DNA of 64,000 nt from Diadema setosum (taxonomy: Eukaryota). The stretch covers positions 24,289,037 through 24,353,036 of the forward strand of contig NC_092698.1 in NCBI RefSeq assembly GCF_964275005.1. Direction: 5' to 3'. The position numbers and the translations under genes are program-made. Below the pieces are notes generated by a model. It did no database searches, was not told the origin of the DNA, and saw only the letters and a program-made list of their open reading frames with translations. Shown here piece by piece: positions 47,375 through 60,181 of this stretch. Numbering within the stretch: position 1 is the stretch's first letter; the number at the start of each line of letters is the position of its first letter.

Positions 47375-47678
47375 ACTTATTTATCCGTTTCTAAAGAGAC
47401 AGTTTTATTAGAGGGAGAGAATTTAGGTGATTAGCTATGTTTAAAACATTTTCTGTTGATTACAATAATGTAGATGTAAAAGGCTGATTATAAACAAACA
47501 CCACTGTGGTGTGGCTCAGGTGAACAATTAGGGCGTCTCGTCTTTGCCACCACAACCAGAAAACTTTTTAATGCAATAAAATTAACTTTGATATTAATGT
47601 GATTCCTTGGTCATTTGATAAATCTATGCTATGATTGTCTTAACAGATGTGAAAATAAGAAGTACAAGGGACTAAACA

Positions 47679-47712
<34 letters not shown>

Positions 47713-47742
47713 TATAATATATTACTTTTTTTTTTTACCAAG

Positions 47743-48491
47743 GTATCCTCATTACAGACGAGGCCACGCAAGTGCCAGTGACACCTATGATACCACGGCC
47801 CAAACCAACGCCCAAACCACTTCCCACACCACTTACTGAGTTGGATGACGAGATTGCTCGCCTTCGATCCATGGCGATTGACATGTCGATAGATATGGAT
47901 TTAGATTATTTGAAAACCAATAGTCTAAAGATGGACACACGTAAACGGGCAGTGAGAAAACGGGGATTCGCACTGGGGTTGCCGACATTTTCTTTCTGGA
48001 AATCAGAAAAGAAAGAGAAAGAGAAGCCGAAGCCAATGAAGAAGCAACGTGAAATTCCCGAAAGTTTTCGAGATATGACTGTTGCCAGTGAATTGAGCGA
48101 ACGAGGGGATAGGCTTCACGATCTGCAGGAGAAATCCGACGACCTTGCTGCCAGCGCCGCGCAATTCAGCTCCTCTACCAGGAGAATCAAATCTGGGCTA
48201 AATTGGCGGAGTTGGCTTCCTTCATTTGGCTCAGGAGAGGCGGCGCCACCACCACTAGTACCATCGCGTGGATACGGGCCCCCTTCCCCCGGATATGCAG
48301 AGCCAAAGCGATTACCAGGGGCTGTGCCACCAGCGCCACCACCAGCAGGTGGATTGCCACCGCCACAGCCGGAGCAACTCATGAAGAGATCGGCCAAGCA
48401 ACCGCCACCACCCCCTTCCCCCGAATTTGTAGAGTCAACATATTTTATAGCGCAGGGGGGTGATGACATCCCCGCCGCGATGATATCGCCG

Positions 48492-48522
<31 letters not shown>

Positions 48523-49028
48523 CTCTATTAACTTCTTCTACACAGAGACAACTACCACATTCGTTGATAGCAGAACGAGATGACGAAGGCCGCAGAGAAA
48601 AATTACCCCGTGATAGATTAGGTGATGTACCGTGTGCAGGGGGTCTTCCAACACTAGGCATAAGATATATGTCAAACAGATATATGTCAGACTATGAGGA
48701 GAGTGAGGATGAGGAGGAGGAGTACTGGGAACCCATTGAGGAGTATGAGAAGCCTACGCGAGAACCAGCTGAGAGTGGATTGCCCTCACGAGAAGCTCTT
48801 GGCGCTCCAAGGAAGTTAGCAACAGGAGACATGATGTTTGCTGCTTTGGATGATGGGGTATCCACCGCCGATGATTTATATCGTCTGGAAGACTTCTGCT
48901 TTATAGGACAGGGAGAACTCAAGAGGAAGCCAGAGCGAGAGGTGTCCGCGCTCCGGTTTCCCTTTACTGTCCGCCGAAAGCAGCTGAGCGCTGAGGACGT
49001 CAACAGGATTTTACACCGGCAGAGCAGT
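47743..49028 (+). CDS. Large coding exon of about 428 codons. An R-SNARE (synaptobrevin-like) coiled-coil motif at the N-terminal end is followed by proline-rich and acidic low-complexity regions. The acceptor may instead be at 47758.
   Basis: The continuous frame is ...IPRPKPTPKPLPTPLTELDDEIARLRSM...FRDMTVASELSERGDRLHDLQEKSDDLAASAAQFSSSTRRIKSGLNWRS...PPPPPPPPPPPP...YEESEDEEEEYWEPIEEYEK...RILHRQSS. The SNARE motif aligns with VAMP2 [44 protein letters not shown]. Donor agt|gtaaga at 49029. The ORF-track entry 47772-49046 uses a GTG as pseudo-start; the frame is open upstream to the acceptors. Confidence 0.6.
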
Positions 49029-49058
49029 GTAAGAACCTTTGGATGATATACGAGGGGA

Positions 49059-49096
<38 letters not shown>

Positions 49097-49288
49097 GTGT
49101 GTGTGTTGGGGGATGAGTGGGTGTACATGAGTGTGAGAGAGGGAGAGAGAGAGAGAGAGAGAGAGAGGGAGATCCTGTAACCGTGCATCACAAGTCTAAC
49201 AAAAAGTCACATGCCAGGATTAATCACGTGAGGACTCAAAATTGGTGAAATGGATTAACCTAGTCAGTTTTCAGTTTTTGGTATTTTC

Positions 49289-49680
49289 TTAAAGGGACTG
49301 TACAGTACTGGTTGAGGTGGGGATTCAGGTTTATAACATTCCTGAGTGAGATAATGAGAAACCTCTTATGAAATATGAAAGAGCATGTAATTTTAAGAAG
49401 GATTCAACATTTATTTCATGAAAATTGGTTTTCAAATGGCTGCGATATCCAAAAAAGTGATAATAATAAAAGGCGACAGGCCACGCCTTTTATTAGGATC
49501 TCTTTGTTTCACCTTGTTTTTGGATATCTCAGCCATTTCAAAACCGATTTTCATCAAATAAACTTTTGATACCCCTTAGAATTGCATGCTCTTTGACATC
49601 TCATAGAGTGGTTTCTGAAAATCTCGCAAAACGTTAAAAGCTAAATCCTCACCTCGACCAGAACTGTACAGTCCCTTTAA
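49289..49680. mobile_element. Foldback MITE (B-variant), complete. The GGGGCGGATCC element 49775-49935 lies immediately downstream.
   Basis: TIRs ttaaagggactgtacag / ctgtacagtccctttaa. The palindromic body contains gagataatgagaaacctcttatgaaatatgaaagagcatg. Confidence 0.65.
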
Positions 49681-50809
49681 AGAGAAGCCCTTACATTACA
49701 TAATGTTGAAGTTTGGAATCATAAAATGAATTGTAAGTTGTGTTTTTCTAGAACACTTTTTTATTGTAGAAGCAGGGGCGGATCCAGGAATTCCGTAAAG
49801 CTATAGGGGATGCGCCTTTGCAAAATTAATGGGGCGCACGCACCCCCCACATTTTTTTTAAAGGAATTTCTTTCGTTTTAACCAAAAATAAAGGGGGTGC
49901 AAGCCCGGTGCCCACCCCCCCCCCCCCCCGATCTGCCACTGAGAAGTGTGATAAGGTATATTTCAGGGGCTGCTTGTTATTTCATAGAAATCCGTACACG
50001 CTCTTCACTTTTAACTCTAAGAACTTTCGAAAAGATAATGCTACTGCTTTGAAAGTTTGCAGTGGTCTTGAGTAGAATGTGTTAATAAAGTGTGCAAAAT
50101 TTCAGCTTAATTTGATAATTCCTTCATTGTGATTGCCTAGGGGCTTTACACCCCGTTTTTTTGTTCCGTTTGTCAGACAGAGTACAGCTTGGTTAGATTA
50201 TCAACACTCTTGAATAGACCCTTAACTTCAAAGCCTCTCATCTCAGTAAGCTCCGTTCCAGGGTGTGTACTTTCTTACAATTATTTAGATATAGGTTAGG
50301 AGAGTTCATTTGCATATGGTAATGCATCATTTTCAAGCTTGGGGTTTACTCTCTCAGAATCTGTCCTTTAACTAAAAATCCATGCCTAGCGACTTTTTTT
50401 TTTGTGATGATTTGTGATGCAGGGTTACCTATGTACCTGATGATATGGGGGGGGGGGAGAGTAGGAGGGGAGGGGAGGTTCGACTGGAAAGAAAATCATT
50501 CTCATTGCCCTTGAAGTCGGGTTGATATAATCATTGACCTACTAACGAAAAGACTTTCAACGAAACTTACCACTTTCAAGTACTTTGAAAGACCTTATGG
50601 ATAGTATGTACAGAGTTAAGGGTTTTATCTAAGCCAATCTGCACTTGAAGCCACCAAAGGGTTAAACCATTATAGCTATAGCCCTCGGAGGAGAAGGCTT
50701 GACGTTGTTTGTTTGTTATTGTTTTTAAATAATAGTTCACTGAAAGCGCAGCCCATGATTAAAATATAACAATACTATATTATTCATGGACTTTTGTTTT
50801 TTTTCTCAG

Positions 50810-50882
50810 GCTGGATACTGGGAACTTAGTGCAGTCTACGAGATCTTTTCGGGGAACATCGAGACACTCGTCTCAAAGATAA
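50810..50882 (+). CDS. Exon encoding AGYWELSAVYEIFSGNIETLVSKI (+1 nt).
   Basis: Acceptor (t)8ctcag|gct, donor ata a|gtgagt. The frame is open and the phase is continuous with the 49028 exon (phase 0). Confidence 0.45.
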
Positions 50883-51028
50883 GTGAGTATCTCCTGTTTT
50901 TTCCCGTTATTATGTATTCTACCTGTTGTCCGGTATTATTGGATGGTAATGGGAAATTATAATATTCATCAACCGGAGCACAGGAATCGTCTAAAGCAGA
51001 TGGTTATCGGTAGTCCAGAGTTTACCAG

Positions 51029-51072
<44 letters not shown>

Positions 51073-51287
51073 ACACAAACACACACACAGACACAAGCAC
51101 ACAAACATATTATACACAACTCAATAGTATATGTAACCGAAGAAGTTTCCAGACATTGGATGTGTGTGTGTGTTTTTGTAATAAAGCCTCTGCTTGGCGA
51201 TGATTATGACATGCGACACAGAATGTTGGTCATTCTGTAAATGAAATGATGTATGATTTTTTTTTTAATTTGATTTTTAACTTTTAG

Positions 51288-51562
51288 ATGATAAGAGCAC
51301 AGCGGCGGATGAACCTCTTCACAAGATACTGCTTGGTACCCTGTTGGTCATGCTCTTCCTCGCCGAGTTAATCACCGCTATTCGTCGTCAGCGGAGGCTG
51401 GGTGCCGTCGGTGAGCTACACGATCTCGAGCCGACGATCTCGGCGAGTCTTGAAAAGGGAGAGCAGTGGATGGAAAGCCTGGAGCCACCGCTGGTAGAAT
51501 TGGCGCGGAGGCTTATAGACGACTTGCCTTCTGCAGAACAGCACATAGTGCTCCAGTGCTAA
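51288..51562 (+). CDS. Terminal coding exon: (N)DKSTAADEPLHKILLGTLLVMLFLAELITAIRRQRRLGAVGELHDLEPTISASLEKGEQWMESLEPPLVELARRLIDDLPSAEQHIVLQC*. It carries a predicted transmembrane helix followed by a basic stop-transfer sequence.
   Basis: Acceptor cttttag|at. The phase is continuous with the 50882 exon (a + at). A hydrophobic 19-mer, ILLGTLLVMLFLAELITAI, is followed by RRQRR. Stop TAA at 51560-51562. Confidence 0.45.
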
Positions 51563-52790
51563 ATTTCTACCGTCACCTAAAAAAAAATATATATATATAT
51601 ATCTCTTGTACGGCGAAATTCACTGTGTTACGTCACGTATACTAGTGTGTTTCTGTGTTTGACGTCACCCAAACTTTGTGCACGCAGCAGCTGTCGCAAC
51701 ATGCAACACCATAACAACATCTCTATCATTTCGAAAAAACAAAACAAAACTGCGGACTACTTCCTGTCAGAGTGCGCCAGGCTTGGACCTATAGGGAAAT
51801 CTCCCAACGACTTGACCAACCCAGGCCGTGACACCGTGGGATGGTTACGGCAGTTTCGTGACGCGGTGTATAGCAGCTTTATAGCAGTGTATTAATCTTA
51901 GAAAAAAATATTAAATGTCTTCATACAGAATAAGGAGAAGATTTTGAAGAAAAAAAAATATGACAAATTTTGACCATGAGTCAATTGGGTCCTAAATGTG
52001 GACACTGCCCAAATTCGACTGTCCCTTCACGATACGTTTTACTGCCAATATGCCTTTCATAATAGTAAAGCCTAAAAAACCTTTTCCAATAATGGACTGG
52101 TTTAGACGATTACAAATTAGTACATACCAATTCAATCTTAAACCCCATTGGAGTATAAGAAAATTGCACAAAATCATTTCTTCATTTCTCACTTTTGTTT
52201 AGTCGTATATGATGACCAGTTGAGGGTAACTTTATAAGGATCATCGCCAGTTTAATAATTAGTAATGCCGTCAGTTTGAGAGTATTCTTGAGAGTTTACA
52301 CAATAGGTTCGCTTTTTAATCTGTTGTGATGTTATGATTCATGTATTGATCATAATAAGATGAAGATTTCGTTTCCTCGTCGTCATAACGGCTTTGACTT
52401 AGAACCGTTTGACACCATTAGCCGATTGGAATCATACCCCCTCAAACCAAAGTGATGTGGAATGGGCAGAACATCCCACGATAGTCAGATCCTTGCATCA
52501 TTTTACGCCTGTGAAATTTTCTTCAGCCATAGACTGAAACCTAACAAATTATCTGTTACAATTCATCAGGCATGTTTATAGAGGGAATTTAGAAGTAATT
52601 CTCCAATCAACCAATTGAATATTTTAAATACTTGTCGATCACCGGATGAATATCAAGTGAAAACTTTAGTGTATTGGATTAGTCGATTGCGATCCATTAT
52701 TCTTTTGTAATTAAGAGTCAGCTCTGATTTGCTGTTCTGTATATCTTATCTTTGCATTTGTCTTATGATGGTTTGAACCTCTTTGTATGC

Positions 52791-53175
52791 TTTAAGGAAT
52801 CGTGTAATTTTAGTTGAGACCTAATTTCAGGTTTCTAGCATTTTTGTTTTCGATGAGATAATGAGAACCCTCTTATGAAATGTGAAATATTTCAAAGATC
52901 ATTTCATCAAAGATTTACTTGAAGAAACTTACTTTTGAAATGGCCGAGATATCAAAACCAGAGCGTTCCTGATATAAGGTGGGACCCACCTTTTATTGCG
53001 ATCGCTTTGTTTTACACTTTTTTTTTTTAGATGTCTAAGCCATTCCGAAAACCGATTTTCATCGATTATACTTTGAATCCCTCTTAGAATGGTATGCTCT
53101 GTACTTTTTCATAAGTGGTTTCTTGGTATCTCGCAAAAAGTGAAAAGTTCAATCCTCATCTCCACCATTACTACT
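52791..53175. mobile_element. Foldback MITE (B-variant), a 3'-degraded copy.
   Basis: ctttaaggaatcgtgtaattttagttgagacctaatttcaggtttctagca...gatgagataatgagaaccctcttatgaaatgtgaaat... shares the body of the 49289 copy. Confidence 0.55.
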
Positions 53176-54760
53176 CACGGTACCTACCAAGCCGTTATCA
53201 TAAATAATTGTGTCGATTGGATAAGTAGAAGAGATAGGATTTCGCTAGGACATAAGGACAGAAACGGCCAAAACGTACAAAAACAAACATTATTTCCTTG
53301 AATGGTTGAAATTGTATTTACAATACTTTTTATAGACATTATGCACATATGAAATGAATATTGGTATATAAACGTGAAGAAAAAAAAACCAAACAAACGG
53401 TAAGGGTTCTTAGACAATCAGCTAAAAATGTCTGTGTTTGAAAGTCTGTCGAGAATGCATGCTGGCGTTGAGGTACAATTGTATATATAACTTTGTAGAG
53501 AAGTCTTTTATATATGGAAAATGATCACTGTTTCAGCCGATTTTATAAGTTACGATCCTAAGTGACTTTTGATAGCATATTGTTATGAGATATCTTCTCC
53601 CCCAATGCAGAAAATAGCAAAAATTAAGTCATTATTACCAATTGCATCATTTGATCCGGAGTCGACGAGTACAATGTGTATGCGTCTTTATTCGGACACA
53701 TATCCCATCACGTAACAGACATAATAGATGTCCATTTTATCGACACTGTACCCTGGAAGCTTAGATTGATGCGTGTAAAATTGTTCACAATTAATGTTAC
53801 GTGGTTTATGCACTGGAAAATTCAATGTACAATCAAATGTCACATGACTACACGACAGCAATTATAACACGATGAACGCGGTTGAGGGCTTCTGAATTAA
53901 TATCAACATACCCAGGCACCCCCCCCCCCCCAAAAAAAAAAAAGTAGCACGAAATATCGATTTCCTGATTTTTTTTTCACTCGTGCTTACAGAACTTATA
54001 GAGCATTTGCACATTGGACACTTTTAAGATACATCACGGTGCATTCCTGGCATCAGTAAGTAGGATTTACCCGACTAATATCAGATTTCTGAGATAAAAA
54101 TTACTAATAACAAATAAAATGAAATGCAAAATATTCTTTAGCATGTCAATTCCACTGCTTTACATACATCGTGAAGGTAATATGCATGCCGTCAGTGCCA
54201 TATCCCCATTCACACACACACACAACTAGGTTATTATTTAAACATTATTCATGCATTACTGCAACATCATTCCACTGATTTAATGTCTACGGGGAGATAA
54301 CTAGATCCGAACTAGATTCTCTGGGACATCTGAATACCAATTGTAACTGGTTTAGAGGAAATTATTCGTGATGTGACGAGGGACAAGGAGTACTGATCAA
54401 TTCTTTTGCAGCTAGTTACAGGGACATTTATTTCAACTTTTGTAATTATATATGTATGCGCGTAATTACTACTCAAACCATACCACCGTGTACACAGTCA
54501 TATTATACAAGTCCATGGTCTCACAATGAACATCACGTCTGATGATATATCTTATGGAATGCTTTATTTTGATTGTTTGTTCACATCCATCGAAGATTTC
54601 GTCCATCTTTGGCTTCTAAGAATATTTTCTCTTGCAAATCAGACACTGATTAAGTGGCTGATAACCAACATGATAGTCCACACGGTAGAGTACAGTCCAG
54701 AAAGAGATCAAACAATACACATTGGCTGCAAGAAGGTCCAAAAACTTTGCAGACGACTGC

Positions 54761-54966
54761 TCAAACGTTTCCGTCACTCCACGCGTCCTTGGCGCTGACG
54801 GTTTGTACCGGTTCGACTTTCGCGGTTTCGCCATTGACTTTCGCGTTGTTTTTCTTTTTCCCGCACACGCACCAGCCGCTAATCTCGTCGACGATGTACT
54901 CGCCGAATTGGACCACTGTCAGCGCGCTCGCTCCGAGAAATAAGCCCATGTTGCCGCCAATCACGG
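54761..54966 (-). CDS. Last coding exon of a DEG/ENaC/ASIC-family channel gene, covering TM2 and the C-terminus: (A)VIGGNMGLFLGASALTVVQFGEYIVDEISGWCVCGKKKNNAKVNGETAKVEPVQTVSAKDAWSDGNV*.
   Basis: Matches the ASIC1 TM2 region [35 protein letters not shown]. Minus-strand acceptor ttgtttcaaacag|cc. Stop TGA at 54763-54761. Anchored by ORF 54761-54979(-). Confidence 0.8.
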
Positions 54967-56474
54967 CTGTTTGAAACAAGACACAGACAAAGAAATAGTG
55001 TAAGCAAACGTTTCGTAGTCAGGATATACGATTCTCGATGCTAACAATCATCAGTGACTAAAGTACACAAGGTCCCGGGAGAAAGAAATAAGATCAAATT
55101 CATAAGTGTATTTTCTCAAGTTTCAAACCCTCAAAACAAAAAGGCAACAACAACATCAACAGCAACAACAACAAAGACAATAAAAAAAAAATCAAATTTA
55201 CTAAAGTGCTAAGATTTTCCAACTGTATTTACCAATTTGATCAATCACATATGGTTCAGGTTGGCGGCTAAGTTTGCCGTGACATTGTACAGTTTTGTTT
55301 TGAAAGACTAAATGTGGTTGTATACCAAAATATAAAAGTATGCATAAGGGATAATCTTCAGTCAATCTGGCTGTTTAAGAGTTGCTAGAAACAAATTGAA
55401 TTATATAATAGGTAGATGACTATAGAGTATACCAAGAATGTGTTTGTTGAAAAGATGTAATAACTTTCCTTCAGAACGTAAGCGTTTACTTATAGTTCGA
55501 TAGTGTTTCATTTTTGATAATGGATAAAACTTTTCGTTATTTTTCATGGAACTGCGAAATAAAAAAAAAATGTTTAAAACCAGTTTTTGTCTGTATTGTT
55601 TTGTATTTTGAACCCTTCTTTATCCATTAGACGTAATGACCAAAGCATCGGGACATTTTACTATCTAAGCGCTACCTTTTGCGTGATCAAACATGTAAAG
55701 ATTCTGAAAGATTGTTCAAACTAATATACGAAATCGTTTTGGTATTAATACGCACTTCATGTAAAATCGATTAGGTCCTGTTTACCTTTGGGAACAGTCA
55801 TTTTAAACATTTTTTTTTTAAAGATATGACATTATATTGCATATGAGTTTGTCTGTTGTAGCACAAAACATTCTATATATATATAATATTACATATAAAT
55901 TTTCGCGATAGAGCCTAAAATATGAGGAGATATCTGTATTTTTCTCATGAAACCGTAACTCTGGAGGGTTTAGTCTGGAAGCCTTTTTTATTATAACTAT
56001 TGATCACATTTTGTATATTTAACAATACTTACCATCGATTTTACAGATTCATATTTTCACAGTGGTTGTTTCTACCTCTAACTCACATTTTAGAACTATT
56101 GTAAAGCACCAATGCCGGGTTTTTGTTTCATCTGCAAAATGGTAAATTTTGCCTTTAACCCCTTACGTACCAACGAGTCTAATGTGCACAAATTTCAAAC
56201 AAACCTATAGACAGAAAATTAACGTGGCACGCAGATAGTAAGGGACGACTTCAAGATAAACGCTTATGCATCTATGACGTATCCTAAAATGCTTCATGTG
56301 TACATGTATCCGCTGGTAAAAGGTTATCTATATGCAGCGATCTTTCAAAGCGGGAATCTTTCCTAGATGGGTCTAATTGCCCTGTCATTCATTTTTGTTG
56401 CTGATACAGTTGTTGTTAAGATGATCATATTGAAATACGTACACATTGATAAATATGATAAACAGGTATCTTAC

Positions 56475-56566
56475 CTAAAAGAGTAGGGAGCGTGTACTCA
56501 GGCAGCATTTCAATGGTCTCGTAGTTAAGGGCCTCGTAGTAGAAACTTATTATTGCAATGTTGTTG
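56475..56566 (-). CDS. ASIC-like exon encoding (D)[30 protein letters not shown](A).
   Basis: Matches ASIC1 [32 protein letters not shown]. Minus-strand acceptor cctttcag|c and donor tttta g|gtaaga. Confidence 0.8.
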
Positions 56567-57323
56567 CTGAAAGGTTGGAAAGAAGAATTGAGATGAAAGC
56601 TCGATTTATATTTAATATGTCTCTATTAATACTCATACACAACAGGCATAATAGTATGTACAAATGGACAGTAATACATTGATGATATACATGCATACAT
56701 AATTATGAATGTTATATTATATCTATGCGTGGCATTCATTAATTTTGTTCTATGGCACGTCATGATGATATTTTTTAGTATTGCACGGGCAATTCCGTGT
56801 TAAAAAAATGGAATAAGTCATCTTGTTTACCTTGCACTGGCTTTCGGCCCCCATGAAATAAAAATGCACTTTATGGGCAATCATGCGTTAAATTTGTCGT
56901 GCATATAATCCAGCATGTGCATTCAAGATCATGCCCTATTACATTATGTCGCATAATGTGTGTGTATGCGTGTATACAATTTTTGAACTTAGCTTGAAAT
57001 ACGCACATCCACCACGAGAGTATGTTTATTTGTAGTTGCAAGTGTTTGCGTCTTTTTTCTTTTTAAGATTTTTTTTCATCTTTTAGAAAAAAAGAAATTA
57101 TCACGTATAGCGTTTTAAATAACATTCTCTATTTTTCCGACAATTTGATATTAAAACTATTAAAATGACGTCCGCTCCGACCATGAAATTAGACAATTAT
57201 CTACAATTTAAGATGACACGACATTCAGGTGTATGGCATAAAACAACATTTGTGATTTTTGTGGCCTCTGGAAATCACGACCCATTCTAGACAAAGATAT
57301 GTTCCAAGGAAATGTTCTCTTAC

Positions 57324-57489
57324 TCGATGTATTCTGTGGTGAAATTGTTCGACGAATTGCTGTACTGCTTCTCCAGAAAAGAAGAACGCAATTTGGACTG
57401 GGTTGCCGTGAACGGGTAGTTCTCGAATATACACGGCGATTTGCACTCGCACGTTTCGTCCGTATCCAGCGTTCCCGCTATAAATTCTC
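57324..57489 (-). CDS. ASIC-like exon encoding (R)EFIAGTLDTDETCECKSPCIFENYPFTATQSKLRSSFLEKQYSNSSNNFTTEYI(D).
   Basis: Matches ASIC1 [53 protein letters not shown]. Minus-strand acceptor tcgttcag|ga and donor atcga|gtaaga. Anchored by ORF 57320-57511(-). Confidence 0.8.
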
Positions 57490-57828
57490 CTGAACGACAA
57501 ATGGAAAACACATATCAAAAGTAGAGAGAGAGAGAGAGAGAGAGACGAGTGGGGGCACAAAACATGATATAATAATACACTTAAAAAGAATGATTGCATA
57601 AGAGACTCATATTTTCCAGGAATGCAGCTATGTATTTCCAATACATTACAACTCGCTTTACAAGTTTACCTGTGTAGACTGTATGCACGCTTTTTTCTTT
57701 CATTCTACTTCCTTGGGCGCGCAATCATGCATCCTCGTTCATTTTTACTTGTTTCGATTTTTGAAAGCATTCTTATTTTTCATCCCAATCACCCTGACTT
57801 CTGAAACTCTGACCCAGTGATAACCTCT

Positions 57829-57970
<142 letters not shown>

Positions 57971-58022
57971 AGATAAATTGTCTACAAATCATCTAGAGGG
58001 CTCCATTAAGCCCGTTCCTTAC

Positions 58023-58233
58023 TGAGCGTGGAGTGGGCACACTCGTGCGTCTCCGCCGGGCCGCACACCTCCTCGTCCCCGGGTTGCTCGGGCAGGCGGC
58101 AGCCACACTCGGCGAGCACCACCCGCGTCTCGCACTCGATGCGACACGCCTGCAGCGAGTAGTGGTCGAAATGGGTGATGATGTCGGCACCCTCATCCTC
58201 GCAGGTCGAAAACGGCGGCGCCAAGCTTGTGAT
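58023..58233 (-). CDS. ASIC-like exon from the extracellular cysteine-rich domain: ITSLAPPFSTCEDEGADIITHFDHYSLQACRIECETRVVLAECGCRLPEQPGDEEVCGPAETHECAHSTL.
   Basis: Matches ASIC1 [70 protein letters not shown]. Minus-strand acceptor ctttcag|atc and donor ctca|gtaagg. Anchored by ORF 58006-58224(-). Confidence 0.85.
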
Positions 58234-59990
58234 CTGAAAGATGAGGGAGACATGTGCTTATTATCGTCATGTACGCATCAGCATCACCAACAAGAAGACA
58301 ATACACTCTTCCCATTGACTTCCCGAAAGCCGAGATAGAACTTCGTTTCCCTTCGCTTTACGGGTTTAATTTGATTAACTTCATATCCTCCAAAACCACC
58401 GAGAAGTAAGGCCGTATTCGCGTCATCTAATGTGAATATGAAGAACGTAAACATTATGTGAAATTACTTTCATTTGTCTTGATCTTAAAGGAAACTTTGT
58501 AAGCATAATCTTTGCTCTGAATGAGAGGAAGGTCAATTTGAACAAGGCATTTCATTTCAGCTTCAATCTGTTCTGTTTAGTACTCCTTTTTTTCTTCAGT
58601 CTTCAAACTTTATTTTGGTTCATATATCTTGGTTGGCTTTTAGACATGAGAAGAAATGACATGGGTATGCAACATTGTTTCAATAAATGTTGCGAGAGGA
58701 ATTTCACAGTCATTATATTCATGTCAAAACTTCTCTTTCTCTGTCTCTCTTTCTCTTTCTCTCCTCTATCCATCTATTCTATGTCTCTATCCACCTGTCC
58801 TCCGTCCCGTAGATAATAGGGAGTTTTCGCAAGCTCGACGAGGCCGGGAGTTCAGTGTGTAAGCCGTGTGCAAAATTTGCTTCTGCGCATGATCAAATCT
58901 GAGAAACGTCCCGTCCTGGGGAAAACGAGAACAGTTCTCGACCAAAATAGCGTCCATTCCCGATGCTGGGCAGGAATGAGCCAGCCAGCCAGGAATGAGC
59001 CAGCCAGCCAATCAGCGATTTTGTCTCCATGCCTCCGTCCTGCACAGGAAAGCGAAACTGCTTACTGGTATGGGGACGGGAGTCCGAGTGCGGGGACTGT
59101 CACAGCTGATTGCTTCTGCGTATTCTCGGTCTTCCCGTCGTGTTCGTATAGCGAAAACTTCCTACTCCCGTCCCCATATCTAAGCAGTTTCGCTTTCCTG
59201 TTGGAACAGAGGCGTGGGGACAAGATCGCTGATTGGCTGGCTGGCTGGCTGACTGACTCCTGACCAGCATCGGGACCGAACCGCAGAACTCTGAGTTCTG
59301 TGGACCGAATGCTATTTTGGCCGAGTACTGTACTCGTTTTCCCCAGGACGGGACGTTTCTCGGATCTGATCATGCGCACAAGCAAATTTTGCACACGACA
59401 CGCTCAACTTCCGGCCGCGTCGTGCTTGTGAAAACTCCCTATTGCCCAGAATAAAGATTTGCTGACAACACATATAATAAAAGTGGACTATTCTAAAACA
59501 CTCATTCCACCTAAGAAGGTCTTGAAGGTACTCACGGCGCGGCGCTATGAAATGATTGGGATAAAATCATGATACGTTATAACATGGTATCATGTTTCGA
59601 CCTCTTCATGTTTGTTTCTTCTTTTTAATTTCCACCATCTTGATACATCAATGGTAAAAAAAAAAAAAAAAAAAAATATTGCATCCAACACATCGTTATT
59701 AGTTTCATGTTAAGATGAAGAAGACATAAAGATGAATAAACAAACAACGTCACCTTCAAGCAGATTCGCAAAGCCCTTATTATTTGAGCGTACAAACGAA
59801 CAATTTTGAACAGATAGCTTTTTTTTTTTGCATTGTATTCTTTTGTGACTGTATCGGCAAAAATGTGATATATTGGAACTAACATTTGATTGAATTAAAT
59901 TGAAATTAAATTGAATTGACTTGAATTGAATTGAATTGAATTGAATTGAATTGAATTGAACAAAAGACACCGCTATAGCGATTCCCGTAC

Positions 59991-60181
59991 ATGTTCGTAT
60001 CGCATGGAAACCGTCGTGTGCATGCCAGGGGCAACAGAGAAACCGAGCTCCTTCGGATACGGAGGTTCAGTCGGATAGTGGAGCATCACCCGAAAACCGG
60101 CATCAGAGGCCCCGCCGTCCAGGTCATTGGAAGGCGTGTACTCGGGCGTCTCTAGGTCCAGCACCAGACGCAACCCGTTCG
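59991..60181 (-). CDS. ASIC-like exon encoding (A)NGLRLVLDLETPEYTPSNDLDGGASDAGFRVMLHYPTEPPYPKELGFSVAPGMHTTVSMRYEH.
   Basis: Matches ASIC1 [64 protein letters not shown]. Minus-strand acceptor ttttccttttcag|cg and donor gaacat|gtacgg. Anchored by ORF 59973-60221(-). Confidence 0.85.
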
